Source of the DNA: an uncultured delta proteobacterium
GTDB taxonomy: Bacteria; Desulfobacterota; Binatia; UBA9968
Length of the DNA: 64,000 nucleotides
Direction: 5' to 3'
Assembly (NCBI GenBank): GCA_963771465.1
Contig: CAVYTU010000001.1
Location: forward strand, 1-64,000
Part shown: positions 19,705 through 28,456 of the stretch, one piece after another
How the letters are laid out: each line of letters begins with the position of its first letter
How positions within the stretch are numbered: position 1 is the first letter of the stretch
Made by a program: the position numbers and the translations under genes
The notes under the pieces: generated by a model
What the model saw: only the letters and a program-made list of their open reading frames with translations
What the model was told of the DNA's origin: nothing
The model's database searches: none

Positions 19705-20130
19705 ATGAACGAATTTGGACGTGGTATCGGATACGATTTGCTCGCCGCGGAGGAAATCTTTGGCACCAGCCGCCACAAGGGCGGTATTTCTGCGGAGAAA
19801 GAGTTGATGCTGGCGATCCTCGCCGATGCTATCGATTGCGTGTGGAAATATTCCCGAGCACAAGACGGGCGGTCGGCGCGTTTGTGCCGCGACGCACGTC
19901 TTTGGCTGTTCGCCAATGATGGGATGGAGACGTTTTCATTTCTCAATGTTTGCGACGCCTTGAGTTTGGATCCGTCGTATATTCGGCGCGGCATCGTCGA
20001 TGGCATGGAAAGTCGAAGTAACCAACGACCGTTAGAAGTTAGCCTGCAAAAACCCCGGCTGCGCCGAACGAGTCGTAATTTTAAGCGTGGGACGCGCAGC
20101 AAAGCTCGCGCGCGGCCGCTCAAGGTTTAG
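19705..20130 (+). CDS. Conserved hypothetical protein
   Basis: GAGG RBS; EKELMLAILADAIDC...ARLWLF...FSFLNVCDALSLDPSYIRRG pattern with basic tail. Confidence 0.7.
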   Translation: MNEFGRGIGYDLLAAEEIFGTSRHKGGISAEKELMLAILADAIDCVWKYSRAQDGRSARLCRDARLWLFANDGMETFSFLNVCDALSLDPSYIRRGIVDGMESRSNQRPLEVSLQKPRLRRTSRNFKRGTRSKARARPLKV

Positions 20131-21260
20131 GGCGCGCCGCAGAATCTGACCGTGTTGTCGAAGAGGATTTGACGTTTTTGCGCGTCGGACAAATCGGCTC
20201 GCTCAAGGATTTCGCTGGCGGCATTGTCGCGTCCTTCGCCATGCGGATAGTCGGAGGAAAACAAAATATGCTCGGCGCCGACCAAACCGATTTCTTGTAG
20301 CAGCAATGGGTCGTCCGCCTCCGGCGCGATAAAAAATCGTCCCGACTTGAGGTATTCTTCGATGGCTTTTTCCGGCAGCCTGCCCATGGCGCGCACGGTT
20401 GGGTCGCTGCGATAACTGGGCAGGTAATGGTCCAAGCGGCCGACGACGTAAAACAACCACTCGGCGCCGAACTCTAGGAACGCCACCTTCAAATCCTGAT
20501 AGCGATCGAGCATGCCTTGAGCGACGATGGCGACGAATCCCAACTGCGCCGGCATGCCCATGGCGATGACGTGCGCTTCGAGGCGAGTCTCGACCAACTG
20601 ATCGAACGGCGGGTAGCTTCGGCCCATGTGGACGCACAGCGGCAAACCCGTGCGCGCGAACTCATCCCAGATCGGCGTGAAGCTTTTGTGCGATAACAGC
20701 CGTTCGCCCACGGTACCGAAGACCACCGCCGCGCTGGCGCCAAGCCGCTGCATTTCGCTAAGCGCGGCAAGCGCTTCATCGGTATCTCTGAGCGGCAGCA
20801 GGCCGGCCCATTTCAAGCGTTGCGCATTCGCTTGGCATTGCCGGCCGGCGTAGCGGTTGTAGGCACGAAACATCGCCGCTTCAAAAAAGGGATCGTTGCC
20901 CATGCATGCGTAAAGACTGGACGGGAAAAGTAGTTGCGCATCGATGCCAAGGGCGTCCAAATCTTTGAGCCGCAGTTCCGGCTTGGACAAATCCAAGGAT
21001 CCAAAACCCTCTTTCGGCGCGCCGAACTCCGCCATCACCGTCGCCGGTGTATTGGCGCCTTGGGCGCCGGGACCGTAGGCGTGGGGCTCCATGCGGCCTT
21101 CGATGAGCCAACCCGTGCGGCGAATTCCCGCACCATCCGCGTCGGCAATTTCTAGCGGCCGTGGTCGGCGCGCCGCATACTCCGGTGGCAAATCCTGCCA
21201 CATCTTCGGTCCCATCATGACGTGGGCGTCGGCATCGAAAATTTTATAACCATTAATCAT
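20127..21260 (-). CDS. Amidohydrolase-2 family metallo-hydrolase/decarboxylase
   Basis: IFDADAHV, PLCVHMG, FLEFGAEW, ILFSSDYPHGE. Confidence 0.9.
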   Translation of the reverse strand: MINGYKIFDADAHVMMGPKMWQDLPPEYAARRPRPLEIADADGAGIRRTGWLIEGRMEPHAYGPGAQGANTPATVMAEFGAPKEGFGSLDLSKPELRLKDLDALGIDAQLLFPSSLYACMGNDPFFEAAMFRAYNRYAGRQCQANAQRLKWAGLLPLRDTDEALAALSEMQRLGASAAVVFGTVGERLLSHKSFTPIWDEFARTGLPLCVHMGRSYPPFDQLVETRLEAHVIAMGMPAQLGFVAIVAQGMLDRYQDLKVAFLEFGAEWLFYVVGRLDHYLPSYRSDPTVRAMGRLPEKAIEEYLKSGRFFIAPEADDPLLLQEIGLVGAEHILFSSDYPHGEGRDNAASEILERADLSDAQKRQILFDNTVRFCGAP

Positions 21261-21293
21261 GGCGGTTGCTTAGCGATTCGCCACGGATGATTT

Positions 21294-22742
21294 CTAAAGT
21301 AATTCCTTTTGCCACTTCTCAGTGATCTTCTGCTTGAGCTCCGCGCTGAGGGCGTTGACGGGCGGAAAGCGATCGCGCCAGGCGTAGGGCCGGCAGGCAT
21401 TGAGAATCGCCCGGCTGTTGACGAAGTTGCCGGCGGCGCGTTGGTCGGGATGCATCGCCGGATCGAGGGGAGTGCTCCAGCAACCGTCGATGATGGTGAT
21501 CGCTGATTTGGGATCGCAGCGCGTCGACACCGCCCAGATCACGTCGCTCATGTTCGACGGATCGATGTCCTCGTCGACGACAATGACGAAGCGGCCATGA
21601 TAATTGCCGCCGCGCGAAGCGAGCGCCGCCAAGCCGGCCTGCTGGGCGTGGCCGTGGTAGCGTTGTTTGACCGACACGATGATAAAGGGCGCACCGCCGG
21701 CAGCCGCTGAGCTGCCGATGGAACACCACACGCCTTTGATGTCCGGCACGTCGGCCTTTTCTAAATAATTCCAGATCGCCGCGGCGCCGATCGGCACGCC
21801 GAAAGTCACGAACGGCGGCCGCAACGGCGGTGCGCCGCAGAGAATCGGATCATTGCGATAGTAAACCCGTTTGACCCGGATGACCGGCTCTTTGGCCGCG
21901 CCGTGGGCGTAGTAGCCGGGCCATTCGCCGAACGGACCTTCCATCTGCATCTGTTCTTGGGGCGGCGGCACTTCGCCTTCGATGGCGATCTCGGCCGTCG
22001 CCGGTATCGGCAAGCCGGTGAGCTCGCCGCGAATCACGTCGATGGGCGCACCGCGCAGCCCGCCGTAGTAATCGAACTCCGACATGCCGTAGGGCATCGA
22101 CTGACCGGCGACCAAGAATAGTAGCGGGTCCTGGCCGAAGGTGACCACCACGGGACAGCTTTTGCCGTTCTCCCAATATTTCTCGCGCATGATGCGCGCG
22201 TGATGGCCGGGCGAGACGTAAAGGCCCAGCGTGTTCTTATCGTGAATTTGCACCCGGTAGATGCCGACATTGACCCAGCCGCCTTCTTCCGGCTCGCCGG
22301 TGATGACGCAATCGGCGGTGCCGATATAGCGGCCGCCGTCGAGCTCATGCCAGTGCGGCGTGGGAAAGATCGTCATATCGACTTCGGCGCCAGTCCTTAC
22401 GTTCTCTAAAATCGGTCCATTGGTAACCACGCGCGGCGCAATGGGTTTGACGCCTTTGAGCAGCTCTTTCCACTTGGCGATAAGTTCAATCGGCTTGGCA
22501 TCGGCGGGCATGCCGACGGTCAAGCTCGAACGCGACGGCGTGCTGATCAGATTCGCCGCGACGCGAAAGTTCGGCGTGTAACCGGGCACCTGATCGAAGA
22601 GCACCAGCGGCGAAGGTTCTTTGAACGCGAACATCTCGGTCAGCGCGCCGATCTCCAACTCCCAGTGCGCGCCGTGAATCTCTTTCACCTGGCCCAGTTC
22701 GCGCGCTGCGTCGATGAATTCCCGTAAATCGTTGAACGGCAT
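21294..22742 (-). CDS. UbiD-family decarboxylase
   Basis: FNDLREFI, DGGRYIGT, NVGIYRVQ, EGPFGEWPGYY, VIVVDEDIDP. Confidence 0.93.
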   Translation of the reverse strand: MPFNDLREFIDAARELGQVKEIHGAHWELEIGALTEMFAFKEPSPLVLFDQVPGYTPNFRVAANLISTPSRSSLTVGMPADAKPIELIAKWKELLKGVKPIAPRVVTNGPILENVRTGAEVDMTIFPTPHWHELDGGRYIGTADCVITGEPEEGGWVNVGIYRVQIHDKNTLGLYVSPGHHARIMREKYWENGKSCPVVVTFGQDPLLFLVAGQSMPYGMSEFDYYGGLRGAPIDVIRGELTGLPIPATAEIAIEGEVPPPQEQMQMEGPFGEWPGYYAHGAAKEPVIRVKRVYYRNDPILCGAPPLRPPFVTFGVPIGAAAIWNYLEKADVPDIKGVWCSIGSSAAAGGAPFIIVSVKQRYHGHAQQAGLAALASRGGNYHGRFVIVVDEDIDPSNMSDVIWAVSTRCDPKSAITIIDGCWSTPLDPAMHPDQRAAGNFVNSRAILNACRPYAWRDRFPPVNALSAELKQKITEKWQKELL

Positions 22743-22750
22743 GACTAGTA

Positions 22751-22839
22751 ATGGAAAATTGAAAATGGAGAATGGATAATGATTGGTCGGAAATGCGATC
22801 CATCGCTCGTTCTTGCATTCTCCATTATCAATTCTCCAT
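22751..22839. repeat. Heptamer-based inverted repeat (24-bp arms, 22/24 match)
   Basis: ATGGAAAATTGAAAATGGAGAATG ... CATTCTCCATTATCAATTCTCCAT filling the intergenic gap. Confidence 0.8.
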
Positions 22840-22841
22840 TT

Positions 22842-23636
22842 CTAAAAGTGGCCCAGTTCTTTCGAATGTTTATAAATACCGTCATGGAACATGGCGACAC
22901 ATTCAGCATTGGTGAGGCAGCAGTACTCCGGGCCCCAGCCGGGGCGGTACCAAGTGTTGCCGTCTTGCAGCAGGCGCTCAAAAATTTGCCGCGCTACCTC
23001 GCCATGCGCCATCAGGCCGTCCAAGTGTTCGTGCAGGTCGGCTTCTTCGTGGACTTGAAAATAATGCAGGTCGGCGTCTTTGACTTTGTATTTGCTCAAC
23101 AACGCTTCGCGCCAACGTTTGGACCAGTGGCCGAACATTTCTTCATTTAGCGACCGTGCCCACCACTCGATCATACTGCCTTCATAAACCAGGCCGCGGG
23201 CAAATTCCGTCAAGGCGCGGCACTCGGCGTAGACTTGGCAGTTGATCATCTCGTCGAGGGATACGCCGAATTGCTCTCCCTGTTGGATCAGCACTTCAAT
23301 ATGGCCGGGGATTTTGGGATTGACCAGCTCATCGCTGATCTTGCCGACGTAGGGAGCGAGCAGGTCGCGGTGACGCGCGAAGATACCCTGATGACGCTGA
23401 TAGATGATCAGGTGAAAATTATTCACCTCCACTGGATAGCTGTACCAGTTGCGCCAGAAGAGCTTGATGGTCTCGAACGGCAACTTCCCCTCGGCAAGAT
23501 CGCGCATGAACGCACCGGCGAAAATCTTTTCGTTCCACAGCGCATACATGCGATGCTTGATCTCGTCGGTAAAAGCCTTCGCCTCGACGACGGAAAGTTT
23601 TTTGCCAATTTCCAATGTTAGAGGTTGCTGATTCAT
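22842..23636 (-). CDS. Heme-oxygenase-like helical bundle protein (TenA/PqqC/CADD, HDO superfamily)
   Basis: FMRDLAEGKLP, DELVNPKIPGHIE, NEE, YFQVHEEADLHEH...H candidate metal ligands. Confidence 0.7.
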   Translation of the reverse strand: MNQQPLTLEIGKKLSVVEAKAFTDEIKHRMYALWNEKIFAGAFMRDLAEGKLPFETIKLFWRNWYSYPVEVNNFHLIIYQRHQGIFARHRDLLAPYVGKISDELVNPKIPGHIEVLIQQGEQFGVSLDEMINCQVYAECRALTEFARGLVYEGSMIEWWARSLNEEMFGHWSKRWREALLSKYKVKDADLHYFQVHEEADLHEHLDGLMAHGEVARQIFERLLQDGNTWYRPGWGPEYCCLTNAECVAMFHDGIYKHSKELGHF

Positions 23637-23669
23637 AATTGACTTACTTGCTGCTGCTTGAGTAGTCGA

Positions 23670-23777
23670 AAATCCCCCTCGATCCCCCTTTTTCAAAGGG
23701 GGTGTACTTCAAGATTCAGGTCGTAGGTTATGCGCTCTCCGAAAACCCCTCTTTGTAAAGAGGGGGAGGGGAGATTT
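23670..23777. repeat. REP/REPIN-like doublet of palindromes
   Basis: AAATCCCCCT...CCCCCTTTTTCAAAGGGGG and CCCCTCTTTGTAAAGAGGGG...AGGGGAGATTT in inverted arrangement. Confidence 0.75.
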
Positions 23778-23788
23778 CTGCTTTGCTT

Positions 23789-24706
23789 TTACGCCTTAAA
23801 GCCGGCTTGCGCTAAACCTTCTTTCAGATCGGCTCTGTCCTTATCCGTGAACGGCGGCGTTTCCCAGCGCGGAAAACGTTCCACCGGTAAACCGCGGAGT
23901 TTCATCAATTCGCAAAACACGCCGCGGCCGTGGCTACGCAGATATTTGCCGACCACTTGCATGAGCCGGGTGAGCAAATCATGTTCTTTTCGCGCGGCTT
24001 TGAGATCATCGGCTTTGAGGGCTTCGTACATTTTGACGCAGGCCTCGGGAAACGGTGTTGACGGCGGATGGATCGCGCCGCGCACGCCGACGGAATAGCC
24101 GGTGTAAAGCGAGAAAATTCCGCCGGGAAAAACTCCCGTGGTTTTCGGCAATTGATACACGTAGCCGAGGAGCTTGTCGTAGGCGATGAAGGAAACTTTG
24201 ATGCCGGCGAGCGAATTGGGCGCGATCGCCTCGATGATCTTGTTCGCTTTGGCCGGCGTGATTTCGACCCAAGTCGTCTCGGTGTTGTCGTAGATAAACA
24301 TCGGCGTGCCGGGAACGGATTGGGCGATCGCCTTGTAGTGAGCGTATACTTCCCAGTCGTCGTGCGGATAATAATAGGGTGGCACGACGCCGACGGCATC
24401 GACGCCCAAACTGACGGCGTGTTTGGCCAACTCGATGGATGAGAGCGTATTGGCGGTGCCGATATGCATGACCACCGGCACGCGGCCTTTAACCCGATTG
24501 ACGATCTGCTCGGCGACTTTTTTGCGCTCGTCGATCTCCATGACCATGCCTTGGCCGTGGGTGCCCAAGGGAAAAAATCCATGCACACCCGCATCCAAGT
24601 AGAAGTCGATGATCGCATCGGTCGCTTTGTGATCGATGGCGCCGTCGTGTTTGAACGCTACCGGCATCGGCATCAATATACCTTCGATTTGTCTATGGCT
24701 CGCCAT
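23789..24706 (-). CDS. DHDPS/NAL-family class I aldolase
   Basis: GFFPLGTHGQG, VVPPYYY, MFIYDN, Schiff-base Lys in GIKVS. Start MASHRQ with AGGAG RBS. Confidence 0.88.
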   Translation of the reverse strand: MASHRQIEGILMPMPVAFKHDGAIDHKATDAIIDFYLDAGVHGFFPLGTHGQGMVMEIDERKKVAEQIVNRVKGRVPVVMHIGTANTLSSIELAKHAVSLGVDAVGVVPPYYYPHDDWEVYAHYKAIAQSVPGTPMFIYDNTETTWVEITPAKANKIIEAIAPNSLAGIKVSFIAYDKLLGYVYQLPKTTGVFPGGIFSLYTGYSVGVRGAIHPPSTPFPEACVKMYEALKADDLKAARKEHDLLTRLMQVVGKYLRSHGRGVFCELMKLRGLPVERFPRWETPPFTDKDRADLKEGLAQAGFKA

Positions 24707-24838
24707 AATTGCTCCTTTCGGATTGAGACGGTTGCGGGATTCGTTGGTATCCATAGCGCATCCGATTTTTGAATTCCACCCCGGTATCGTTAAGCGAAAA
24801 AAGATGGTAAATCTAATAAAAAATTTCAGGAGGTAGCG

Positions 24839-25351
24839 ATGGCGGAAAAGAATCCAGTGGTTTTGATGTCGACGAGCATGGGCAACATTCGTATCGAGTT
24901 GGATGCGACCCATGCGCCCATATCTTCGAAGAATTTTGTCGATTACGTCAACTCCGGGCACTACGACGGGCTTATTTTTCATCGAGTGATCCCCGGGTTT
25001 ATGATTCAAGGCGGCGGCATGGACGCCGGCATGAACGAAAAGAAAAACAAATCGCCGATCAAAAACGAAGCGGCCAACGGGCTAAAAAATAATCTCGGCA
25101 CCCTCGCCATGGCGCGCACCAACGTGGTCGACAGCGCCACCTCGCAGTTTTTCATCAACGTCAAAAATAACGATTTTCTCAATCACCGCAGTACGGCGCC
25201 GGCGGAGTTTGGCTACGCCGTGTTCGGCAAGGTCATCGAAGGCATGGACGTCGTCCATAGCATCGAGAAAGTGCGGACCGGTAACAAAGGCGGGCATCAG
25301 GATGTGCCGGTGGATGCCGTGATGATTAATTCAGCGAAGGTAGAAGAATAG
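24839..25351 (+). CDS. Cyclophilin-type peptidyl-prolyl cis-trans isomerase (PpiA/PpiB)
   Basis: [39 protein letters not shown]. Confidence 0.95.
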   Translation: MAEKNPVVLMSTSMGNIRIELDATHAPISSKNFVDYVNSGHYDGLIFHRVIPGFMIQGGGMDAGMNEKKNKSPIKNEAANGLKNNLGTLAMARTNVVDSATSQFFINVKNNDFLNHRSTAPAEFGYAVFGKVIEGMDVVHSIEKVRTGNKGGHQDVPVDAVMINSAKVEE

Positions 25352-25365
25352 AAGACGAGTGTTTC

Positions 25366-26121
25366 TTATGCGGTCCAGACTGCTTTTGGATCGTATTTTC
25401 GAACCGCCGAAAGTTCATCGCGGCTTGGCGCGGCGGTTTCATGTATCTCGCTTGAAATCTGCACTGGCCAGCCGGTTTCGTTGCTAATCTGCTCAACGGA
25501 AACCCCGGGATGGGATGAATCAAGCACCATCTCGTGGGTTTCCGCGTGGAAAGAAAAAATCCCCATACTCGTGATCACGCGGCGCGGACCGCCGCCGGTC
25601 AGGCCGTGGCGCGCGCGCCAATCGCCGCCATCGCCATAACCCGGCGACGTGATGTACTGGACCTTGTCGACGAACCGGCGCCGTTCGTGATTCATGATAA
25701 TGATGCAGCGCCGCGCCATGGTGGCGATGTCGGCGGCGCCGCCGCTGCCAGGCAGCCGCGTGCGCCCGCCGTTGTCTTCGACCCAGTGAGTGTTCAAATT
25801 GCCAAAGCGGTCGATCTCCGCACCGCCGATAAAGCCGAGATCGACGCGCCCGCTCTGCAACAAATACATGACATCGTTCAATCCGCCGCACCAAAGCGCC
25901 CGCGCGATATTAGGCGGATCGCTCATGGTGTAGATGGACTCCAGCGCCGGCCAATCGCGAATGACGCCGTTTTCAAATATGCCGATGGCATTGGGCGCGT
26001 GAGTTTCTTTGGCGACAGCGAAACCCAACAGAGGGAGCCGCATACCGACGAAGACTTTATCGCCGTCGCGAATTTCGCGAGCAGCGGCGGCGACCATCAA
26101 CTCTCGTCGCGTATAACTCAT
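25366..26121 (-). CDS. Family I CoA-transferase beta subunit (GctB/CatJ-like)
   Basis: Catalytic Glu in IFENG; GFIGGAEIDRFGNLN; RLPGSGGAADI. Confidence 0.9.
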   Translation of the reverse strand: MSYTRRELMVAAAAREIRDGDKVFVGMRLPLLGFAVAKETHAPNAIGIFENGVIRDWPALESIYTMSDPPNIARALWCGGLNDVMYLLQSGRVDLGFIGGAEIDRFGNLNTHWVEDNGGRTRLPGSGGAADIATMARRCIIIMNHERRRFVDKVQYITSPGYGDGGDWRARHGLTGGGPRRVITSMGIFSFHAETHEMVLDSSHPGVSVEQISNETGWPVQISSEIHETAAPSRDELSAVRKYDPKAVWTA

Positions 26122-26132
26122 AGCAGTTTGTT

Positions 26133-26180
26133 GTTCAGAGTCTGGAGTCTACCGTTAACTCCGGACACTCGACTCTGAAC
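26133..26180. repeat. Intergenic hairpin
   Basis: GTTCAGAGTC...GACTCTGAAC perfect 10-bp arms. Confidence 0.6.
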
Positions 26181-26186
26181 TAGTCT

Positions 26187-26621
26187 CTACGCTTTATTGA
26201 ACGCGTCGATTCCCGCTTGAACGATCTGCCGGTCCACTGCGGCCGGGGCGCCGCTAAAGCCAACACCGCCGATGCACTGGCCGTCGACGGTGAGCGGTAA
26301 ACCGCCTTCGATGCTGATATGGTAACCCGGCCCGATAGCGAGGGTTTGCGCCAACACTTGGTGATCGGGAATCTCGCTGCCGTCGCGACCGGTCTTTCCG
26401 GTCGCCGCTGTCGTCAAAGCAGCGCAGCGCGCTTTCGCTTGGGCGATCAGCGTGTTGTGTGTCCGCCCGTTGGTCATGCGCTTGAACGCCATTAAATGAG
26501 CGCCGGCATCGACGACACAGATGCTGCCAATTTGTTTTAACTCCTTGGCCTTTTCGATGGCTGCGTTGACGATGATGTCGCAACCTTCTTGAGATAGTTT
26601 CGCCGTCGCAACGGTTTTCAT
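26187..26621 (-). CDS. GlcG/HbpS/PduOC-family heme-binding protein
   Basis: ICVVDAGAHL, IAQAKA, GGLPL...IGGVGFSGA...D..I..AGI. Confidence 0.88.
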   Translation of the reverse strand: MKTVATAKLSQEGCDIIVNAAIEKAKELKQIGSICVVDAGAHLMAFKRMTNGRTHNTLIAQAKARCAALTTAATGKTGRDGSEIPDHQVLAQTLAIGPGYHISIEGGLPLTVDGQCIGGVGFSGAPAAVDRQIVQAGIDAFNKA

Positions 26622-26649
26622 GATTCGCCTCCTTAGATTTTCTTAACAA

Positions 26650-27561
26650 TTAGTAGTTGAAGCTCACCGCCGGCGCAAACAAATCCTCTTGGGGCCGGAG
26701 CTTGTTCACACGATCTTCGCCGAGCATGTGGAGAAGCCCGTCGTGATCAGCGACCCCGAGCACCCACTTTTGTAGCCATTGCTCGAAGCCTTCGCGAGTG
26801 CGCGTGGCTCTATGGTATTCAAAATAGAAATCATCGTCGCGCCGCGCGTAGCCCTGCGCCGGCGAGGGATACGATCCTAGCGGTTGGTGCACCACACTGG
26901 AGACTAGAAAGCCTGGGATCAACGTGCGATTGGGATCGCGCAATATCAGCTCGTGATCGACGATCTCCTCGCAGGTAAGGATAACTTTCTTCGCCGCGAA
27001 CGCCGCTTCGCGCATGACGCCGAAATTGCCCCAGACATGAGCGTTGCCTTCGCAATCGGCGCGCTGAACGTGGAGGATAGTCAGGTCGGGATGAATGGCG
27101 CGAACGGCGAGCAGCTGATCGCCGGTGAACGGACAAGTGATAGAACGAAACTGCGGCCAAGCAGCAAAATCGCTGCCTTTGATCGATCGCGTCGGCAAAT
27201 AGGGCAAGCCGCTCGCAGCGGCCTGAAGCGCCAAACCGATGGTGAAATTGGAATGCTCTTCGATCTCGATTGGTCTCGGTATGTCGAGTTCCGCCGCGCG
27301 ACGATGATTATGGCCTAACCCAGCGGCGACGTTGCCGACCCATGAGGCGATGATTTTTTTGACGCAGCCGGGGCCGATGAGCTGATCGAACTGCATATCG
27401 GAGATCGGCCCGATGAGCGTCAATCCTGACTTCTTTTGTCGAATGATCTCATGGCTCGCCGCGAACGGGATGAGCGATTCCAAAGCGCAGCCCATGGCGA
27501 TCGACATACCGTCTTGTACGTCGGTCGCGATGGCGTCATGAAGTGAGCGGAGCTTATCCAT
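26650..27561 (-). CDS. Family I CoA-transferase alpha subunit (GctA/CatI-like)
   Basis: IPFAASHEIIRQ, ALQAAASGLPYLP, PDLTILHVQRAD..GNA, ILTCEEIV. Confidence 0.9.
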   Translation of the reverse strand: MDKLRSLHDAIATDVQDGMSIAMGCALESLIPFAASHEIIRQKKSGLTLIGPISDMQFDQLIGPGCVKKIIASWVGNVAAGLGHNHRRAAELDIPRPIEIEEHSNFTIGLALQAAASGLPYLPTRSIKGSDFAAWPQFRSITCPFTGDQLLAVRAIHPDLTILHVQRADCEGNAHVWGNFGVMREAAFAAKKVILTCEEIVDHELILRDPNRTLIPGFLVSSVVHQPLGSYPSPAQGYARRDDDFYFEYHRATRTREGFEQWLQKWVLGVADHDGLLHMLGEDRVNKLRPQEDLFAPAVSFNY

Positions 27562-27712
27562 GCTCAATCTGTATCTGGTAGAAAATTTCACTTCAACCGT
27601 TTTATGCAGCAAACGAACGACAAGCCGATCGTCATTCCAAAAAAACCATTTGCATTGATGGCGCGGTTTATCGCAGTAATAGGGAACCAGGCGAGATTTC
27701 GAGGAGGCGATT

Positions 27713-28447
27713 ATGTACGGATGGCGCGGACGGATCGGCCACATTTCACCGACGGCGTGTGTGGAGATATTTCCCTACGAGTTCTATCGCGCGGCCCCGG
27801 AGGGCGTAACCTTGGTGATAGCGAATCTGGTCATCCGCGATGCGCGGGAATCGGCCGAGGTTGAAGCGTCCTGGGCCAAGTTCGATACCGCCATCGAGGA
27901 TCTTAAGCAGACCCACGTCGATCATTTGACTCTCAGCGGCGCACCGCTGGTGCTGGCCAAAGGCGTCGACCGCCACCGCGAGCTGCTGAAGCATTTGCGC
28001 GAACGCGCCGGCGTCCCGATCAGTACGAGTCCGCGTTCGTTTGCCGACGGATTGAAACATTTGAACGCAGTGAAACTCGCCGTGGCGACTTCGTTTATCC
28101 CGGCGCATAACGAACTGGTGAAAGCCTTTTTGTTATCCGAAGGTTTCGATGTTCTAGGCATCGAGAGTTTGGACACTGGCATGACCTCGATCGAGAAAGC
28201 GATGCTCTCGCCGAGTCAGGTGTTTCGCCACGTGAGAAGCGTCGGGCGCAAGTATCCCAATGCCGATGCGGTGCTGATAACCTCTTCAGCTTGGCCGACG
28301 TTGACGGTTATCCAGGCTTTGGAAGACGATCTTGGCAAGCCGGTGGTGAGCAGTTCGCTGGGGCAAATCTGGGAGCCGCTCAGGACACTTGGGATCAAGA
28401 CGAAAATTGCTGGCTTTGGCGCTTTGCTCAAAACGTTGGAAGGGTAG
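27713..28447 (+). CDS. Maleate isomerase/arylmalonate decarboxylase (Asp/Glu racemase) fold protein lacking both catalytic Cys
   Basis: YGWRGRIGHISP, APEGV, LAVATSF, ADAVLITSSAWPT, LEDDLGKPVVSS, FGALL. Confidence 0.82.
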   Translation: MYGWRGRIGHISPTACVEIFPYEFYRAAPEGVTLVIANLVIRDARESAEVEASWAKFDTAIEDLKQTHVDHLTLSGAPLVLAKGVDRHRELLKHLRERAGVPISTSPRSFADGLKHLNAVKLAVATSFIPAHNELVKAFLLSEGFDVLGIESLDTGMTSIEKAMLSPSQVFRHVRSVGRKYPNADAVLITSSAWPTLTVIQALEDDLGKPVVSSSLGQIWEPLRTLGIKTKIAGFGALLKTLEG

Positions 28448-28456
28448 GGAGACAAC

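Noticed and set aside
24707-25009. N-terminal extensions in the ORF track (also 9549, 27744, 43899, 48374 starts)
   Set aside because: They overlap neighbouring genes or promoters; downstream starts with RBS match the family N-termini.
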